From a virus (taxonomy: Duplodnaviria; Heunggongvirae; Uroviricota; Caudoviricetes): a stretch of 64,000 nucleotides of DNA. Where the stretch lies: positions 96,001 through 160,000 of the IMG/VR virus record IMGVR_UViG_3300044557_000292; one strand, written 5' to 3'. The notes beneath the pieces were generated by a model. The model saw only the letters and a list, made by a program, of their open reading frames with translations. It was not told the origin of the DNA and did no database searches. This document shows positions 38,260 to 48,727 of the stretch, piece after piece (within the stretch, counting starts at the first letter, position 1; each line of letters opens with the position of its first letter). The position numbers and the translations under genes were made by a program.

Positions 38260-39351
38260 CTATCCTCTCACGATTCCACCGGTTTTAAGGAACTCTCCAG
38301 TTGGAGCCTCCTCCCTAGACTTGACCGCGTTGTCTTTTTTGATCTTCATGGCCGCAGGGCAGATGTTCACAAGAGGACACCATGAGCAGAGAGGTGACGG
38401 GCCACACTCCCATCTATTAAGGTTTACGGACTGCGTGAGAACGGAATCTGCCTGTTCTACATCTTCAACAGCCTGTCTACGATAATTCGTATTCTTCACG
38501 TCAATTACAGTCACGTGACCTTTATTCTTGATTCCAGTATCGGGATCTTCATAATCGGCTATGGGGTAGATCAGGCGAGCCGTCTCAATATCATACCCAG
38601 ATTCCTCCATCATCATCGTGTAGAGGATCTGCTGCCTCACGTATCCAAAGTCGGGATACTTCTGTTTGTCTGGAAGATAATCACTAGCATGCTTACCGGT
38701 CTTCCAGTCATCAATCACGTACCGTCCAGTCTTGTCATCAATACTCAAACGATCAATGAATCCGAGTACTTTATGATTGATCTTAGGAGATATCTTCCCG
38801 TCAACGAATAGCTCAAGACCGTCTTCCGACTTGACGTAAGACTTTCCATTCCTGCTCACACGGTCAAACGAGACCCTATCTGGGACATGAACCATTCTGG
38901 GATCTTCAAGATGAAGATTCCAATACCCGTTGATAGCCTTCTGCAACCATATGGTAGCATCCGAATCCATAGCTATAACGCGGTAATCAGGACTGTTAAG
39001 AACCTTCTTGTACGACGATCGTATCCCATCAACCGTTCTATCGTCTGGTGGCAGAGTGAAGAATTGCTCCATCACGCTATGAAAAGCTGATCCTAATGTG
39101 GTCGGTGAGAGCGGATCCGGCGGCATAAGATCGCTTAGTATCCACTTGTCAGAGGCTGCGCGGGCGGGGCACTTCTGGAGTGAGGAGATAAGACTGTTCG
39201 ATATGTTGACAGATGCCGTTTTACTGATGAGCTCAGGATCTTCGAATGATAGCCCTTCCTTGGACAATACTGCCCTAACGGTTGGATTAGAATTAGATTC
39301 AGTACCACCGTTGGCCTCAGGATCGTCAAAAACGTCTACATCTTCGCTCAT
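38260..39351 (-). CDS. RecB/Cas4-like PD-(D/E)XK exonuclease with Fe-S-type cysteines
   Basis: SNS..KCP, LGSAFH, GFIDRL, IDDWKTGK, QQILY, CSWC..IC. Confidence 0.85.
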   Translation of the reverse strand: MSEDVDVFDDPEANGGTESNSNPTVRAVLSKEGLSFEDPELISKTASVNISNSLISSLQKCPARAASDKWILSDLMPPDPLSPTTLGSAFHSVMEQFFTLPPDDRTVDGIRSSYKKVLNSPDYRVIAMDSDATIWLQKAINGYWNLHLEDPRMVHVPDRVSFDRVSRNGKSYVKSEDGLELFVDGKISPKINHKVLGFIDRLSIDDKTGRYVIDDWKTGKHASDYLPDKQKYPDFGYVRQQILYTMMMEESGYDIETARLIYPIADYEDPDTGIKNKGHVTVIDVKNTNYRRQAVEDVEQADSVLTQSVNLNRWECGPSPLCSWCPLVNICPAAMKIKKDNAVKSREEAPTGEFLKTGGIVRG

Positions 39352-39442
39352 ATTGATTACAGTTTCCTTATTCGTCTTATGCTAACAATCTTGCCGAGTA
39401 TGCTGGTCGGACAGAACATGACTGCTTTAATAATCGTTGATT

Positions 39443-40261
39443 CTATTTCTTGGTAGATGTGGATGCGTCAAAGTGCGAATCCCCAGACGATACAGCAATG
39501 ACCGCGTCCATATCTGATGAGGTGACAATGACTCCAGTTTGATCACTGAAGACGATCACGAATCCGTGAATCGTCTTATCATCGCCCTTGAATTCACGAA
39601 CAAATGCCAGGGAAGACCCGTTCGAGGGTGTGATTCTATATGACTGATCGCTGTAAAGCAGTGAATTGTCTTTCGCATCTCTGAACGCATAGAATTGCAC
39701 GGTAGAATCGTTGAGCTTGCCCTGTCCAAGATAGCAACTGGCCGCAGGGCTCTTCAACTCGCACTTCTTTGAAGATGCAGTGATGCCATCCGTCAACGCT
39801 GGGAATGTTACGATATACGTATTCTTATCTGCTTGAAGCATTAAGTCTTGTCCATTGACTGACGCTGCTACAGATCCATGGGCCGCCGCGCCGATATTTG
39901 ACGAATTAGCGGCGGGGTTAGCTATCTGCCCGGACTGATCACCTGACCCCGAGCTTTCAGATGGAGTGGCGGACCCAACTTGCTCGTTATGCTGGTTTTG
40001 TTCCTGCCGCGTACTGTTAATCTGATCGTAAATCGTATAACCGACAAAAGCAAGAGCAAGAGCCACAACAGCGGAAGAGATAATGATGAGCAGCTTCTTC
40101 CTGCGTAACCCCTTCTCCAGATCTATCCCCTTGGTATCAACGACGCCAGACTTCTTGGGGTCGAAGATCGCACTCCATGCAGAGTCCCCATTAATATCGT
40201 CAAGATCGTCTTCTTTATCTTCATCCTTCTTATTAAAGAAGCTCATATCTACAATCTCCAT
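39443..40261 (-). CDS. Single-pass membrane protein
   Basis: RRKK followed by a TM helix and extracellular domain. Confidence 0.7.
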   Translation of the reverse strand: MEIVDMSFFNKKDEDKEDDLDDINGDSAWSAIFDPKKSGVVDTKGIDLEKGLRRKKLLIIISSAVVALALAFVGYTIYDQINSTRQEQNQHNEQVGSATPSESSGSGDQSGQIANPAANSSNIGAAAHGSVAASVNGQDLMLQADKNTYIVTFPALTDGITASSKKCELKSPAASCYLGQGKLNDSTVQFYAFRDAKDNSLLYSDQSYRITPSNGSSLAFVREFKGDDKTIHGFVIVFSDQTGVIVTSSDMDAVIAVSSGDSHFDASTSTKK

Positions 40262-40377
40262 TCTCAGTCATCTGGAACATCCATGATGATTTCTTAAATC
40301 ATTAATCCACATTGAACTCACTATAGAATAGATATGTCAATAGAATAGATATGTCAATTAAAGACGTTACTAAGAAT

Positions 40378-40426
40378 CTGCATAACGTGGATGCATGGGG
40401 GTTAATAATGCGTCCACGTTATGCGG
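40378..40426. terminator. Hairpin downstream of ssb
   Basis: ctgcataacgtggatgcat...atgcgtccacgttatgcgg inverted repeat. Confidence 0.6.
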
Positions 40427-40469
40427 TCATTAATGCCTCACCGTTATCTACAGTGCGACGGTTGCATGA

Positions 40470-40976
40470 TCACCAGTCATCATCTTCGTCATCCGAATCA
40501 GATGATGTGGTCTGGGCTGCAGGACGCGCCGCCGGCGCCGTAGATCTGGCGGTTGTCCTCCTTGGGGAAGACTCATGATTATTACCATCACGGACCTCCT
40601 TCCAAGCCCACATGGACAGATCTGGTCCAACAGACTTGGCGACCACCTGATTCTCGTTCTGGTGTTCAACGCCCTTGCTATCAGTGTAATCGGGCTTCGG
40701 ATCCCTCTCTCCCTGCACGATGACACGAGATCCCGGCTTGAGGCTCTTGATGATGTTATCAGCCAGTCTTCCGAAGGCGGTCACGCTCTCGTAATACTTG
40801 CCTCCAGCATCCTGCTCCCACTGCTGGGTCTCGTTATTGAAACGATCCTTCGAAACGGCTACCGAGAAGTTAAGAACGGTCTGAGGCTTCTTTCCATTCC
40901 TGCCCTTCGTCTGCCTGGGCTCACCGATCCAAGTTACTCCGCCACTGAAGCTTGCAAAACCATAACCTGAACTCAT
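40470..40976 (-). CDS. ssb: Single-stranded DNA-binding protein
   Basis: OB-fold pattern NFSVAV..TAFGRLADN..SLKPGSRVIVQG..VGPDL; acidic tail; AAGGAG SD. Confidence 0.9.
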   Translation of the reverse strand: MSSGYGFASFSGGVTWIGEPRQTKGRNGKKPQTVLNFSVAVSKDRFNNETQQWEQDAGGKYYESVTAFGRLADNIIKSLKPGSRVIVQGERDPKPDYTDSKGVEHQNENQVVAKSVGPDLSMWAWKEVRDGNNHESSPRRTTARSTAPAARPAAQTTSSDSDDEDDDW

Positions 40977-41114
40977 AATTGTTCTCCTTATTGCTTATGT
41001 TGTTTTCATTGACCAGGTTTCTGATCACGATATGTATTGTACCAAATAGATGATGATTAATCGTTGATGGTTGACATGGGGTTAATGATCTTACGATATT
41101 GATTCCAAAGAACT

Positions 41115-42755
41115 CTAATTGCTGGAATGAGAGTCGTTGTCATCAGATGATGTAGCGTTGGGGACCGCTTTCGGCTTTGGCCATGAATCTGGAACGGTAA
41201 CACCGTCTGGTATATTCGGCTGCTGAACATCTGTCCTTGTTGGTTGGGTGAGTATGTCAGGCTTATCGGTTTCCTCCTCACAGTCTGACTGGATCTTTTT
41301 CTTCTCGTCATCAGTAAGCGTTGGAGTTGTTCTGGCGGATGGACTGGAAGAACTAGAAGGCGAGCTAGACTCGCTTGGCGAATCATTAACGTTACCATTA
41401 GATGAACTGTTGGTATCTTCTGAATCCTTCTCCTTCTGATTGATGAGATCTTTCTCATTTGACGCTACGCATGATTTGACGGAATTATTCCATTGATCCT
41501 CCGCTTTGCCATAATCAGTCTTCCATTGGACGTAATTATCATGATTGGTTACGTATTGGACCCAAGTGGGCTCGAACTGCGTCCTCTTCGTCTTAAAATC
41601 ATTCCATGAAGTATAGATCGCGTTCACTTTATTCGTATACTGATCCCATTGCGTCTGTCCACTCATGACTATTATAGATTGGGCGGACCACTTGATGATG
41701 GCAGAATTGTAATCTGATATAGACCTACTAAGTCCAGCCTTTACGGTCTTTATCGATGCTGCACGATTCCTCTTGAGAACATTAGCGTCATACTTCGGTG
41801 CTACCTGTCCAGTCCATGACCATCCGCACCCCGGGCCATCAGGGTCCTGGGTCTGGTATGACGCTATCGACCGTCTCGACGGCTCTGTAGGCTCTGATGA
41901 CAATGCGGTCAGTTGTGGCTCGGACGGGAGGGTTGACTGCATGCCCTGAGGTAGTGGTGATTCTGGAACGTATTCCTCACTGTTGACTGGGCTTGTGAAC
42001 ACGTTAGAAACATTCATTCCCCCGTCAATAAGATCTTGAGGAGCAGACGCCTTAATGATGTGATCGTCAACACTCACCGTCTCAGATGCGAACAGCCCCG
42101 TGTACGCCTTCTGATCATAATAATACGATCTTTTAGCGTCATTAACCGTCTCGTCGAGCGCTTTGCATCCACTCGATGTTAACATAGAGTTAATAGAATT
42201 AAGATACCAGGACTTTAATGATTGAATCTTTGAGGAATCATTGACCGTTACTCGAACGATGACATCACCGCGGGTGATCATGAATCCATTATCCCACCAT
42301 ATCGAGTTATTGTCTGATGACAGGGAATTACATGATTCCATCTGTTTGACATAGAAATCACTATAATTCTTCATGGCCTGACCCGCTCCGAACACGCCAA
42401 TGACGGACTCAACGCCACCTCCAGATGCGGATCGAGTATAGAGCAGTGATGACGGCGTGGAATCAGAGCTGCATTCAGACGGGAGAAGTACGGCAGACTC
42501 ATCAGCCCTATCGTTAGACGGAACCTTCCAATCCGATTTAGACACCCCGGCCGGAACGTTACTAACGATGCTCCTGCCGATCTTCTTTCCCTCATAATCG
42601 GCTGCCTGGTATGCTGACGAGTACGGTGAGGGTTTCACCTTAGAAGTACTAGAATCAACCCACGTCCGCCAGGTCTTGAACCCAATGAACCCTATGATCG
42701 CGATGAGGGCAATGATTACTCCGATGAATAACGCCCTGTTGATCTTCTTAATCAT
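41115..42755 (-). CDS. Membrane-anchored secreted protein
   Basis: N-terminal TM; Cys pairs; Ser/Pro-rich C-terminus. Confidence 0.75.
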   Translation of the reverse strand: MIKKINRALFIGVIIALIAIIGFIGFKTWRTWVDSSTSKVKPSPYSSAYQAADYEGKKIGRSIVSNVPAGVSKSDWKVPSNDRADESAVLLPSECSSDSTPSSLLYTRSASGGGVESVIGVFGAGQAMKNYSDFYVKQMESCNSLSSDNNSIWWDNGFMITRGDVIVRVTVNDSSKIQSLKSWYLNSINSMLTSSGCKALDETVNDAKRSYYYDQKAYTGLFASETVSVDDHIIKASAPQDLIDGGMNVSNVFTSPVNSEEYVPESPLPQGMQSTLPSEPQLTALSSEPTEPSRRSIASYQTQDPDGPGCGWSWTGQVAPKYDANVLKRNRAASIKTVKAGLSRSISDYNSAIIKWSAQSIIVMSGQTQWDQYTNKVNAIYTSWNDFKTKRTQFEPTWVQYVTNHDNYVQWKTDYGKAEDQWNNSVKSCVASNEKDLINQKEKDSEDTNSSSNGNVNDSPSESSSPSSSSSPSARTTPTLTDDEKKKIQSDCEEETDKPDILTQPTRTDVQQPNIPDGVTVPDSWPKPKAVPNATSSDDNDSHSSN

Positions 42756-43240
42756 TTCGAGGAATCCATCTCCTTCCTCACGTTATAGGACAATGTCTTC
42801 AGAGCCTCAAGCTCATTCGACATGAGGCGGATTCTCCTCACCAACTCCTTCACGACCTCCTGACGGACAATGAGCTTATTCTCATACTTCTCGGTCTTGA
42901 TCTGGGCGATAGTTCTCCTGACCTCAGACGTCTTGGCCGAATCTGCTAGAATGTACTCGCGATTATAATTACGATCATACTCAACCTTAGACTTCGCGGC
43001 CCGGGCCTCGGCAACCCTTAGATTCTCATTAATCTTGAACATGGCCAATCGCACCTGGTCGATCGACTTGTTGATAGCGACCATATCGTTATAGTCACCG
43101 ACCTGATTGTTCTGTAGTTCAAGAATGCTCTCGGGAACATAGTCTTGTTCAAGCGGGAACGGGTTGACGATATGGGGAAGATCAATATCGCTAAGACCGA
43201 GTTCCTTAAAGCCCTTATCGTCCGTATCATTGTCACTCAT
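42752..43240 (-). CDS. Coiled-coil hypothetical protein
   Basis: ORF with GGTACCAT-N8-ATG start. Confidence 0.7.
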   Translation of the reverse strand: MSDNDTDDKGFKELGLSDIDLPHIVNPFPLEQDYVPESILELQNNQVGDYNDMVAINKSIDQVRLAMFKINENLRVAEARAAKSKVEYDRNYNREYILADSAKTSEVRRTIAQIKTEKYENKLIVRQEVVKELVRRIRLMSNELEALKTLSYNVRKEMDSSK

Positions 43241-43298
43241 AGAACACTATGGTACCGTAATGATCAATAAGCTGTTCATAAGAACCCAACGATGATTC

Positions 43299-44681
43299 CT
43301 AGATTTTGTGGGCAACGTCATCTACCATGCTAATCTTGTCAACGTCAATTGATCTTGAAACCTTATCTGGTATCAGTGTGGCCGCATCCTCAGAGCACAC
43401 GACCCTATTAAACCCCAATCTTACAGCTTCCGCGACCCGCTCTGCAATCATTGATCTTCCACGAATCTGTCCCGTCAGGGAGACCTCACCAAGCCACATC
43501 GTATTCCCCTTAGGGGGTTGTCTGAGTGAGGAAGACGCTATGGCTGCCATCATGGCAAGATCAGCCATGGAATCATTGATCTTAATCCCGTTCGCTGACC
43601 CGACGAACACGTCACTCTTGTCCAGATCAAGCGCTGGGCTACTCACCATAAGTCTGGCTACTCTAGTGATCGCCCTCTGGGAGTTCATGCCGTCAAATCT
43701 ACGCTGAGGATTACCGTACGCCTCTGGTGCGACCAACGCATCAATCTCAACTGGAAGAAGCCTGCCACCATCTGATATGATGCTCCTGGCAGACCCAGAA
43801 AGATTACCGTCCATTGAACCAAGAAGATACTTGGATGGATCTCGTACTGATTCTAACCCGTGCTCATCATGAACGAAGACGCCGGTCACACCCGTTCTGC
43901 CGTATCGATTCTTCCTTGACCTCAGGAACTTCAATGGAGTGTCGTAATCGGAATCTCCAATGAGGATCGTATCAACCACATGAGGGATCTGATTAGATCC
44001 GGCCACGTCATCAGACTTCGTGAACTGACTCACGATAAGAAATGGGACGCCATGATCCTTAGCCCACGTTTTGAAGGCAAAACTGGCCTCCTTAGACTGA
44101 CTGATTCCGCCTATACCTCCATCCACGCTATCAGAGGCCATAGCCTGAAGACTGTCAACGCATACGATTCCAGCATGGAGTCTCTCAGCGTGAGTCAATA
44201 CCTCTTCAACGGTCGTAGTACTCACAATCTTAAGGTTGTCTGAAACGCATCCTATTCTCCTGGCCCGGTCAGCTATCTGTGGTGCTGACTCCTCTCCAGA
44301 TGCATACAGTGCGGTAACGCCCCTATCCGCCATCTCGCCAAGGACCTTAAGACAGAGGGTTGATTTACCGAATCCAGGTTCAGCGCCGATGAGAACGACT
44401 TGACCTGGAATAAGGCCCCCATCAAGCAGTCGATCAAGCTCACTTACACCAGTACTGGTCTTATCATCAGACGTATGATTGAGATCAGAAACCGTCCAGA
44501 CCCTGGTAGTTGAAATGCTGTCAACCCCACCCGATTTGATCTTCATACCAGCGCGTGGAGTAGTGTTGTCTTCAATTGGCTCCATTGTCCCAAACTGCCC
44601 ACAGACCTTGCATCTACCCATTTCGGTGACGCTGATAGCGCCACAATTAGAACACTTATACCTAACCATACTCTTAGCCAT
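43299..44681 (-). CDS. radA: DNA repair protein RadA/Sms
   Basis: C4 zinc finger, TGVSELDRLL, GAEPGFGKST, SGEES, KNRYG, Lon-like C-terminus with GEVSLTG. Confidence 0.95.
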   Translation of the reverse strand: MAKSMVRYKCSNCGAISVTEMGRCKVCGQFGTMEPIEDNTTPRAGMKIKSGGVDSISTTRVWTVSDLNHTSDDKTSTGVSELDRLLDGGLIPGQVVLIGAEPGFGKSTLCLKVLGEMADRGVTALYASGEESAPQIADRARRIGCVSDNLKIVSTTTVEEVLTHAERLHAGIVCVDSLQAMASDSVDGGIGGISQSKEASFAFKTWAKDHGVPFLIVSQFTKSDDVAGSNQIPHVVDTILIGDSDYDTPLKFLRSRKNRYGRTGVTGVFVHDEHGLESVRDPSKYLLGSMDGNLSGSARSIISDGGRLLPVEIDALVAPEAYGNPQRRFDGMNSQRAITRVARLMVSSPALDLDKSDVFVGSANGIKINDSMADLAMMAAIASSSLRQPPKGNTMWLGEVSLTGQIRGRSMIAERVAEAVRLGFNRVVCSEDAATLIPDKVSRSIDVDKISMVDDVAHKI

Positions 44682-44780
44682 GATAAGCATGGTACCTTAG
44701 ATGATCGGTCTATAACAAGGTGTTTTAAGATGAGTCAACTCTTTTGAAGGAAGAAGCTTATATCCATCGCGACAGAAGAA

Positions 44781-45878
44781 TCATTCAAGGAAGGCCGACC
44801 AGTTAGACTCCTCTCCCTCAGGATGGTCAACAATCATATTAGATCCATCTTTCGAGGACAAGTCCCTGATCTCGTTAATGAAGTCTTGATTCGGGTTCAG
44901 TGATAGCTTCCACTTCTCATCATCGCTCCCACCATGATTCTTCACGTAATCATAGGCGAGCTTCGGATCAGCATTAGGATTATGAAGAGCAGTCAGGACG
45001 GCCGTCTCATCAACCCTCCTTCCAGCTCTCGTATACGGATTATCATCAGTGAACATCTGGTCCACATTCTTAGCAGATAGTTCTGGCGATTCAAGAGCAG
45101 ATACCGGGGACGTCTCGAACGCTTGATCCTTGAACTTCTCATCAATATAGGGGCTATTCACTAGGAGACGGGCGCCATTCCTCATAGCGAGAGGATCTGA
45201 CGAGAGCCTATCAGCTATGCCGTCACTGACATGCGGATTGTCAACAAGCGTACCCAGAAGTCGCTCTTGAATAGGGCTAATAACATCAGAATCTTCAATG
45301 CCAGAAGAATTGCTCGCATCAGATCTGAAATCATCAATACGCAACAGCGCCTCATGCACAGCATTCTCCTGACTACTATCGAGGGTGGCTCCACGATAGT
45401 CGGGATACCCGTGATCGTAATTCTCCATGTACATGAGCTCAGCCTGGTCAAGACTTCCGGTGGTAGAATAAAGATCTTCAAGACCTTTCCTCTCAACAAG
45501 CTTGTCTGGACTTGTTGGAATCTCCCTAGATATCAGACCGGCAGTATAGATAAGACTTTCAGTCCTATCCATGAATTCATCCCAATCCTTATCATTGGGA
45601 TTGAACACTGATCCATCGCTGTCCCCACCGAGACTATCAACAGTTATCTTGTGAAGCTTTCCGCTAGGGACGCTTGTAGTATTGCTTATCGTATCTGGAG
45701 TGTTCTCGGTGACTTGATCAGCAGCAAGCCGCTCATTCATCTCATCAGCCTGCTTCTCGGTAAGCATAATGTGCGGGGAGTCGCTCACATGATACGGGCA
45801 ATGAGTGGGATCTTTAGCCCTACATTTTGTTACTCTTCCGTCCTTCGTCTTACCATAAACGGCTTTCTCACTGTTCAT
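44781..45878 (-). CDS. Tag-2 protein with LRV/HEAT-like repeats
   Basis: CRAKDPTHCPYH..H; LVDNPHV, ALHNPNA, LSLNPN repeats; GGAGG SD (start could be 45911). Confidence 0.75.
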   Translation of the reverse strand: MNSEKAVYGKTKDGRVTKCRAKDPTHCPYHVSDSPHIMLTEKQADEMNERLAADQVTENTPDTISNTTSVPSGKLHKITVDSLGGDSDGSVFNPNDKDWDEFMDRTESLIYTAGLISREIPTSPDKLVERKGLEDLYSTTGSLDQAELMYMENYDHGYPDYRGATLDSSQENAVHEALLRIDDFRSDASNSSGIEDSDVISPIQERLLGTLVDNPHVSDGIADRLSSDPLAMRNGARLLVNSPYIDEKFKDQAFETSPVSALESPELSAKNVDQMFTDDNPYTRAGRRVDETAVLTALHNPNADPKLAYDYVKNHGGSDDEKWKLSLNPNQDFINEIRDLSSKDGSNMIVDHPEGEESNWSAFLE

Positions 45879-46053
45879 TGGTCTACTACCTCCGTAATTG
45901 TTAGCTCGCACGGGTCAATGCATTATGATTGCAATCTATCTCATCTGAGCATGAATCTTAGTAGCTATTTCAATAGTGAAGCAATATTAACGCTTTGACA
46001 TGTCATATCTGCGTCTATTAACGGGCACATGGAGAGAACATGAATTGTTCTTC

Positions 46054-46689
46054 CTATAATTTGAAGACGCTCTTCTTGTCCTTATCCTCAGAATCGTCTT
46101 CATCAGATCCCTTGTCATTCTCACGGATCTTCTTCTTAGCGTCTTCCCTAGCCTCCCTCTCCAGTTCGGCTATGGCATCATCGCGTTCATCCATCACGTC
46201 GCGAGGATCGGGGACGTTGTACTTCTTCAACGTGCGCTCATCTTCTGTAAGCCTGCAGTACACGATGAGACCGAATCCTGCTGACACAATGATTGCCGCG
46301 GCAAGGGTGTAGACCTTCGTATATGACGTGATGATACCGAGGAGCGCTAGAACGGAGCCAACGATAATGCTCTGCTGGACCCTAACCCTGTATGAGTACC
46401 TCAACCTAAGCTCGATGTACTCTCCATCATCCTCATTACTCCTAGATTTCTCGACCAGCCCCTCATGCTGTTTGAAAGCGAGGAGGTAACCAGCTGAGAA
46501 CATTGGAACAGCAGTAATGATGGCCGCAAGAGCCCTCACGTAATTTGACAGGAACCATCCTCGGGGCAGGAAGACGTCCATGGCAATCGTTCCTGCTGAT
46601 AAGACGACGGTAAGCACGATCATCCATATGAGGAATCCCCGATTATTCAGATAGGTAGATCTTAGTCTCCTGATCACGCCCTCTATCAT
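46054..46689 (-). CDS. Four-TM membrane protein
   Basis: Four hydrophobic segments, charged tail. Confidence 0.75.
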   Translation of the reverse strand: MIEGVIRRLRSTYLNNRGFLIWMIVLTVVLSAGTIAMDVFLPRGWFLSNYVRALAAIITAVPMFSAGYLLAFKQHEGLVEKSRSNEDDGEYIELRLRYSYRVRVQQSIIVGSVLALLGIITSYTKVYTLAAAIIVSAGFGLIVYCRLTEDERTLKKYNVPDPRDVMDERDDAIAELEREAREDAKKKIRENDKGSDEDDSEDKDKKSVFKL

Positions 46690-46691
46690 GC

Positions 46692-47360
46692 TTATTCCTC
46701 CCTTGAGTCTTTCGTTCTACTAGCCCACATGGCGAGACATCTTCCATTCTTGAAGATGGTATTCGAGATCTTATCGTAATCCATGATACCGTACGGCCTG
46801 TACCCGAACTTGACGAGCTGCGTGCCAAGCTTCACATCAATCCTCGTACTAGGCCAGTACAGGAATGTCATGCAATGACCAAACCTTGACGCTTGTAACT
46901 TGCGAAGCAGGAATGCCATCATAGTCGCTATCGAGTACTCGCTCAAATTGAACATGGAATCTATAATGAGGATGGAGGGCGCCCTTGCAACCATCGACTC
47001 AATCTGTGGTCGTATCTTATGTGATTGCTTTAATGATAAGAATGTTGGTATGACATTCCTGTCATCTATAGTTGCAATGTGACCAATCATGAATCCTATG
47101 ATCTTATCCTCATCCTCTGATCTGCTCTTAGCAGGAAGCTCTTTACTCTTAATGGAGATCATGAGTTGCAGTGGATCAACTTGATCCCTGGAGGACAATG
47201 CGAGATCTATTCTGTTCATGGGAAGATTGATTCTATCCTTACCGTACGACTCTATGAACTTGTCCCTCACGTACCTTTCCTCCATTGAGGTCAGCCTGCC
47301 AAGAGCATCTACGCCATTAGGCCTGAGGTCTAGGTTGTGATACGCTTTCAACAGAGCCAT
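46692..47360 (-). CDS. Hypothetical protein
   Basis: AAGGAG SD; ATATCTT motif at 47395-47401. Confidence 0.7.
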   Translation of the reverse strand: MALLKAYHNLDLRPNGVDALGRLTSMEERYVRDKFIESYGKDRINLPMNRIDLALSSRDQVDPLQLMISIKSKELPAKSRSEDEDKIIGFMIGHIATIDDRNVIPTFLSLKQSHKIRPQIESMVARAPSILIIDSMFNLSEYSIATMMAFLLRKLQASRFGHCMTFLYWPSTRIDVKLGTQLVKFGYRPYGIMDYDKISNTIFKNGRCLAMWASRTKDSREE

Positions 47361-47459
47361 TGTTGATTACTCCTTCTCATCTTCCTTTGAGTTGAAGATA
47401 TCAATAGATGACAAATGAACGCAAAACTGCAATAAGATTTGCGGGTTATGACCAGTACG

Positions 47460-48698
47460 CTAATTCCATGCTCCAGTAGTATAGTCTATCGTGTGCCCGT
47501 TCGCGTAATTCCACACGACCACGTGCTCGTCAATAGCACCATCGGAGGTACGGACGTCAACCGTGACGCCCCTAGGGACGATCTCGTTACCCTTATACAC
47601 TGGAGTAGCATAATAGGCTGTAGTTACGTCTTTATGGATCTTCATGTAATCACGGACCTGTGATTCCGTGTAGGCCATGCCGCCCGGCTTGGAGGAGTTA
47701 TCACCAACGTTCTGCATCCTCGTGCCGGTTATCAGGTTGATCCTCGTGGCCTCCCCGCCCAGGGAGTCGGCCACGAGGTGAGACCTATTGTAAAAGTACC
47801 CGTGGTAAGCCTTGCCCGTGTCGAGCACGATGCTAGTCTTACCGTTATTACTCCTACCAGTAGTGGGATTCCTCCATCCTGAGATCTCGTCCGCGGTATC
47901 ATCAAACGGTGCGCGCCACCCCGCGGAGTCGGCTATCATCTTCTCCGTGATGTTAGCGTGAGCGTACCCAGTCCTGCCAAGGCTATCCAGTCCCTGGTAG
48001 TCAACCTTGCCTGGTGCCACCAGATCAGATGGGAGATTCGCCTTACCGGTCACGGCGTAATAGTTCGGAGCTTCGCTAGAATTCCATGATGAAAGCAACT
48101 GTGAGTCGGTTCCACTAACAGCTTGTGTATCTGTACCTGCCTTATTCGAAGTGGAGGTGGAGATCTTCGTCTTAGCATCATTCCAAGCGTCTTGCAGAGC
48201 GGACTCCGCGTGCTTATAATAGGATGTCCCCTTCAGATCATTAAGCTTTTCCTTGGCTTCTTTATACGCCTCCGTCTTTTCCGCCCCACTGGCGGAATCC
48301 TTGATCTTGTCAAGATAGTTCTGATACTCTGAGGTTACCGTTTCTGATGAGGACGATGCTGATTCTACTGGAGGCGCAGTGTACTCAGTCTGGCCGCACG
48401 CGGCCAGTGACCATAGGGAGACACCCGCGAGTGCAACGGCCAACGTTCTCCTGATACGATTCCTCACCACGGCAGAAGCTAATGGCCTATCATGGAATGA
48501 CGTGATGTGGCGCTTCTTAAGATTCCTCTCCTGATGATGGCCGGCAATGATCCCCTCATTAGCCCTCATGACCTGGCCCTCGGTCATGAGCTTATGGCTA
48601 CCATTCTCATGGTAGGGGCATGTTGCCATATCTGAAGCGTGGCATATGGTGTACTCGCCAACATGCTGCCCGCGAACTGCTATACCATAATGATTCAT
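47460..48698 (-). CDS. Tag-2 + lipoprotein signal + DNA/RNA non-specific endonuclease
   Basis: CHASDMATCPYH..H; RRTLAVALAGVSLWSLAAC lipobox; nuclease domain near-identical to 13668-14540. Confidence 0.88.
   Translation of the reverse strand: MNHYGIAVRGQHVGEYTICHASDMATCPYHENGSHKLMTEGQVMRANEGIIAGHHQERNLKKRHITSFHDRPLASAVVRNRIRRTLAVALAGVSLWSLAACGQTEYTAPPVESASSSSETVTSEYQNYLDKIKDSASGAEKTEAYKEAKEKLNDLKGTSYYKHAESALQDAWNDAKTKISTSTSNKAGTDTQAVSGTDSQLLSSWNSSEAPNYYAVTGKANLPSDLVAPGKVDYQGLDSLGRTGYAHANITEKMIADSAGWRAPFDDTADEISGWRNPTTGRSNNGKTSIVLDTGKAYHGYFYNRSHLVADSLGGEATRINLITGTRMQNVGDNSSKPGGMAYTESQVRDYMKIHKDVTTAYYATPVYKGNEIVPRGVTVDVRTSDGAIDEHVVVWNYANGHTIDYTTGAWN
47464..48092. repeat. 629-bp nuclease-domain duplication, copy 2
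   Basis: Reverse complement of 13908-14536. Confidence 0.95.
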
Positions 48699-48727
48699 CA
48701 GTGAAACCTATCCTCTAAGGGGGTATT

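Noticed and set aside
38260-39351. Cas4 or CRISPR-Cas system
   Set aside because: Stand-alone RecB-like nuclease; no cas1/cas2 and no repeat-spacer array seen in the window.
40323-40356. 17-bp tandem duplication (atagaatagatatgtca x2)
   Set aside because: Only two units; most simply a local duplication of an ATATCT promoter-like motif, not an iteron array or CRISPR.
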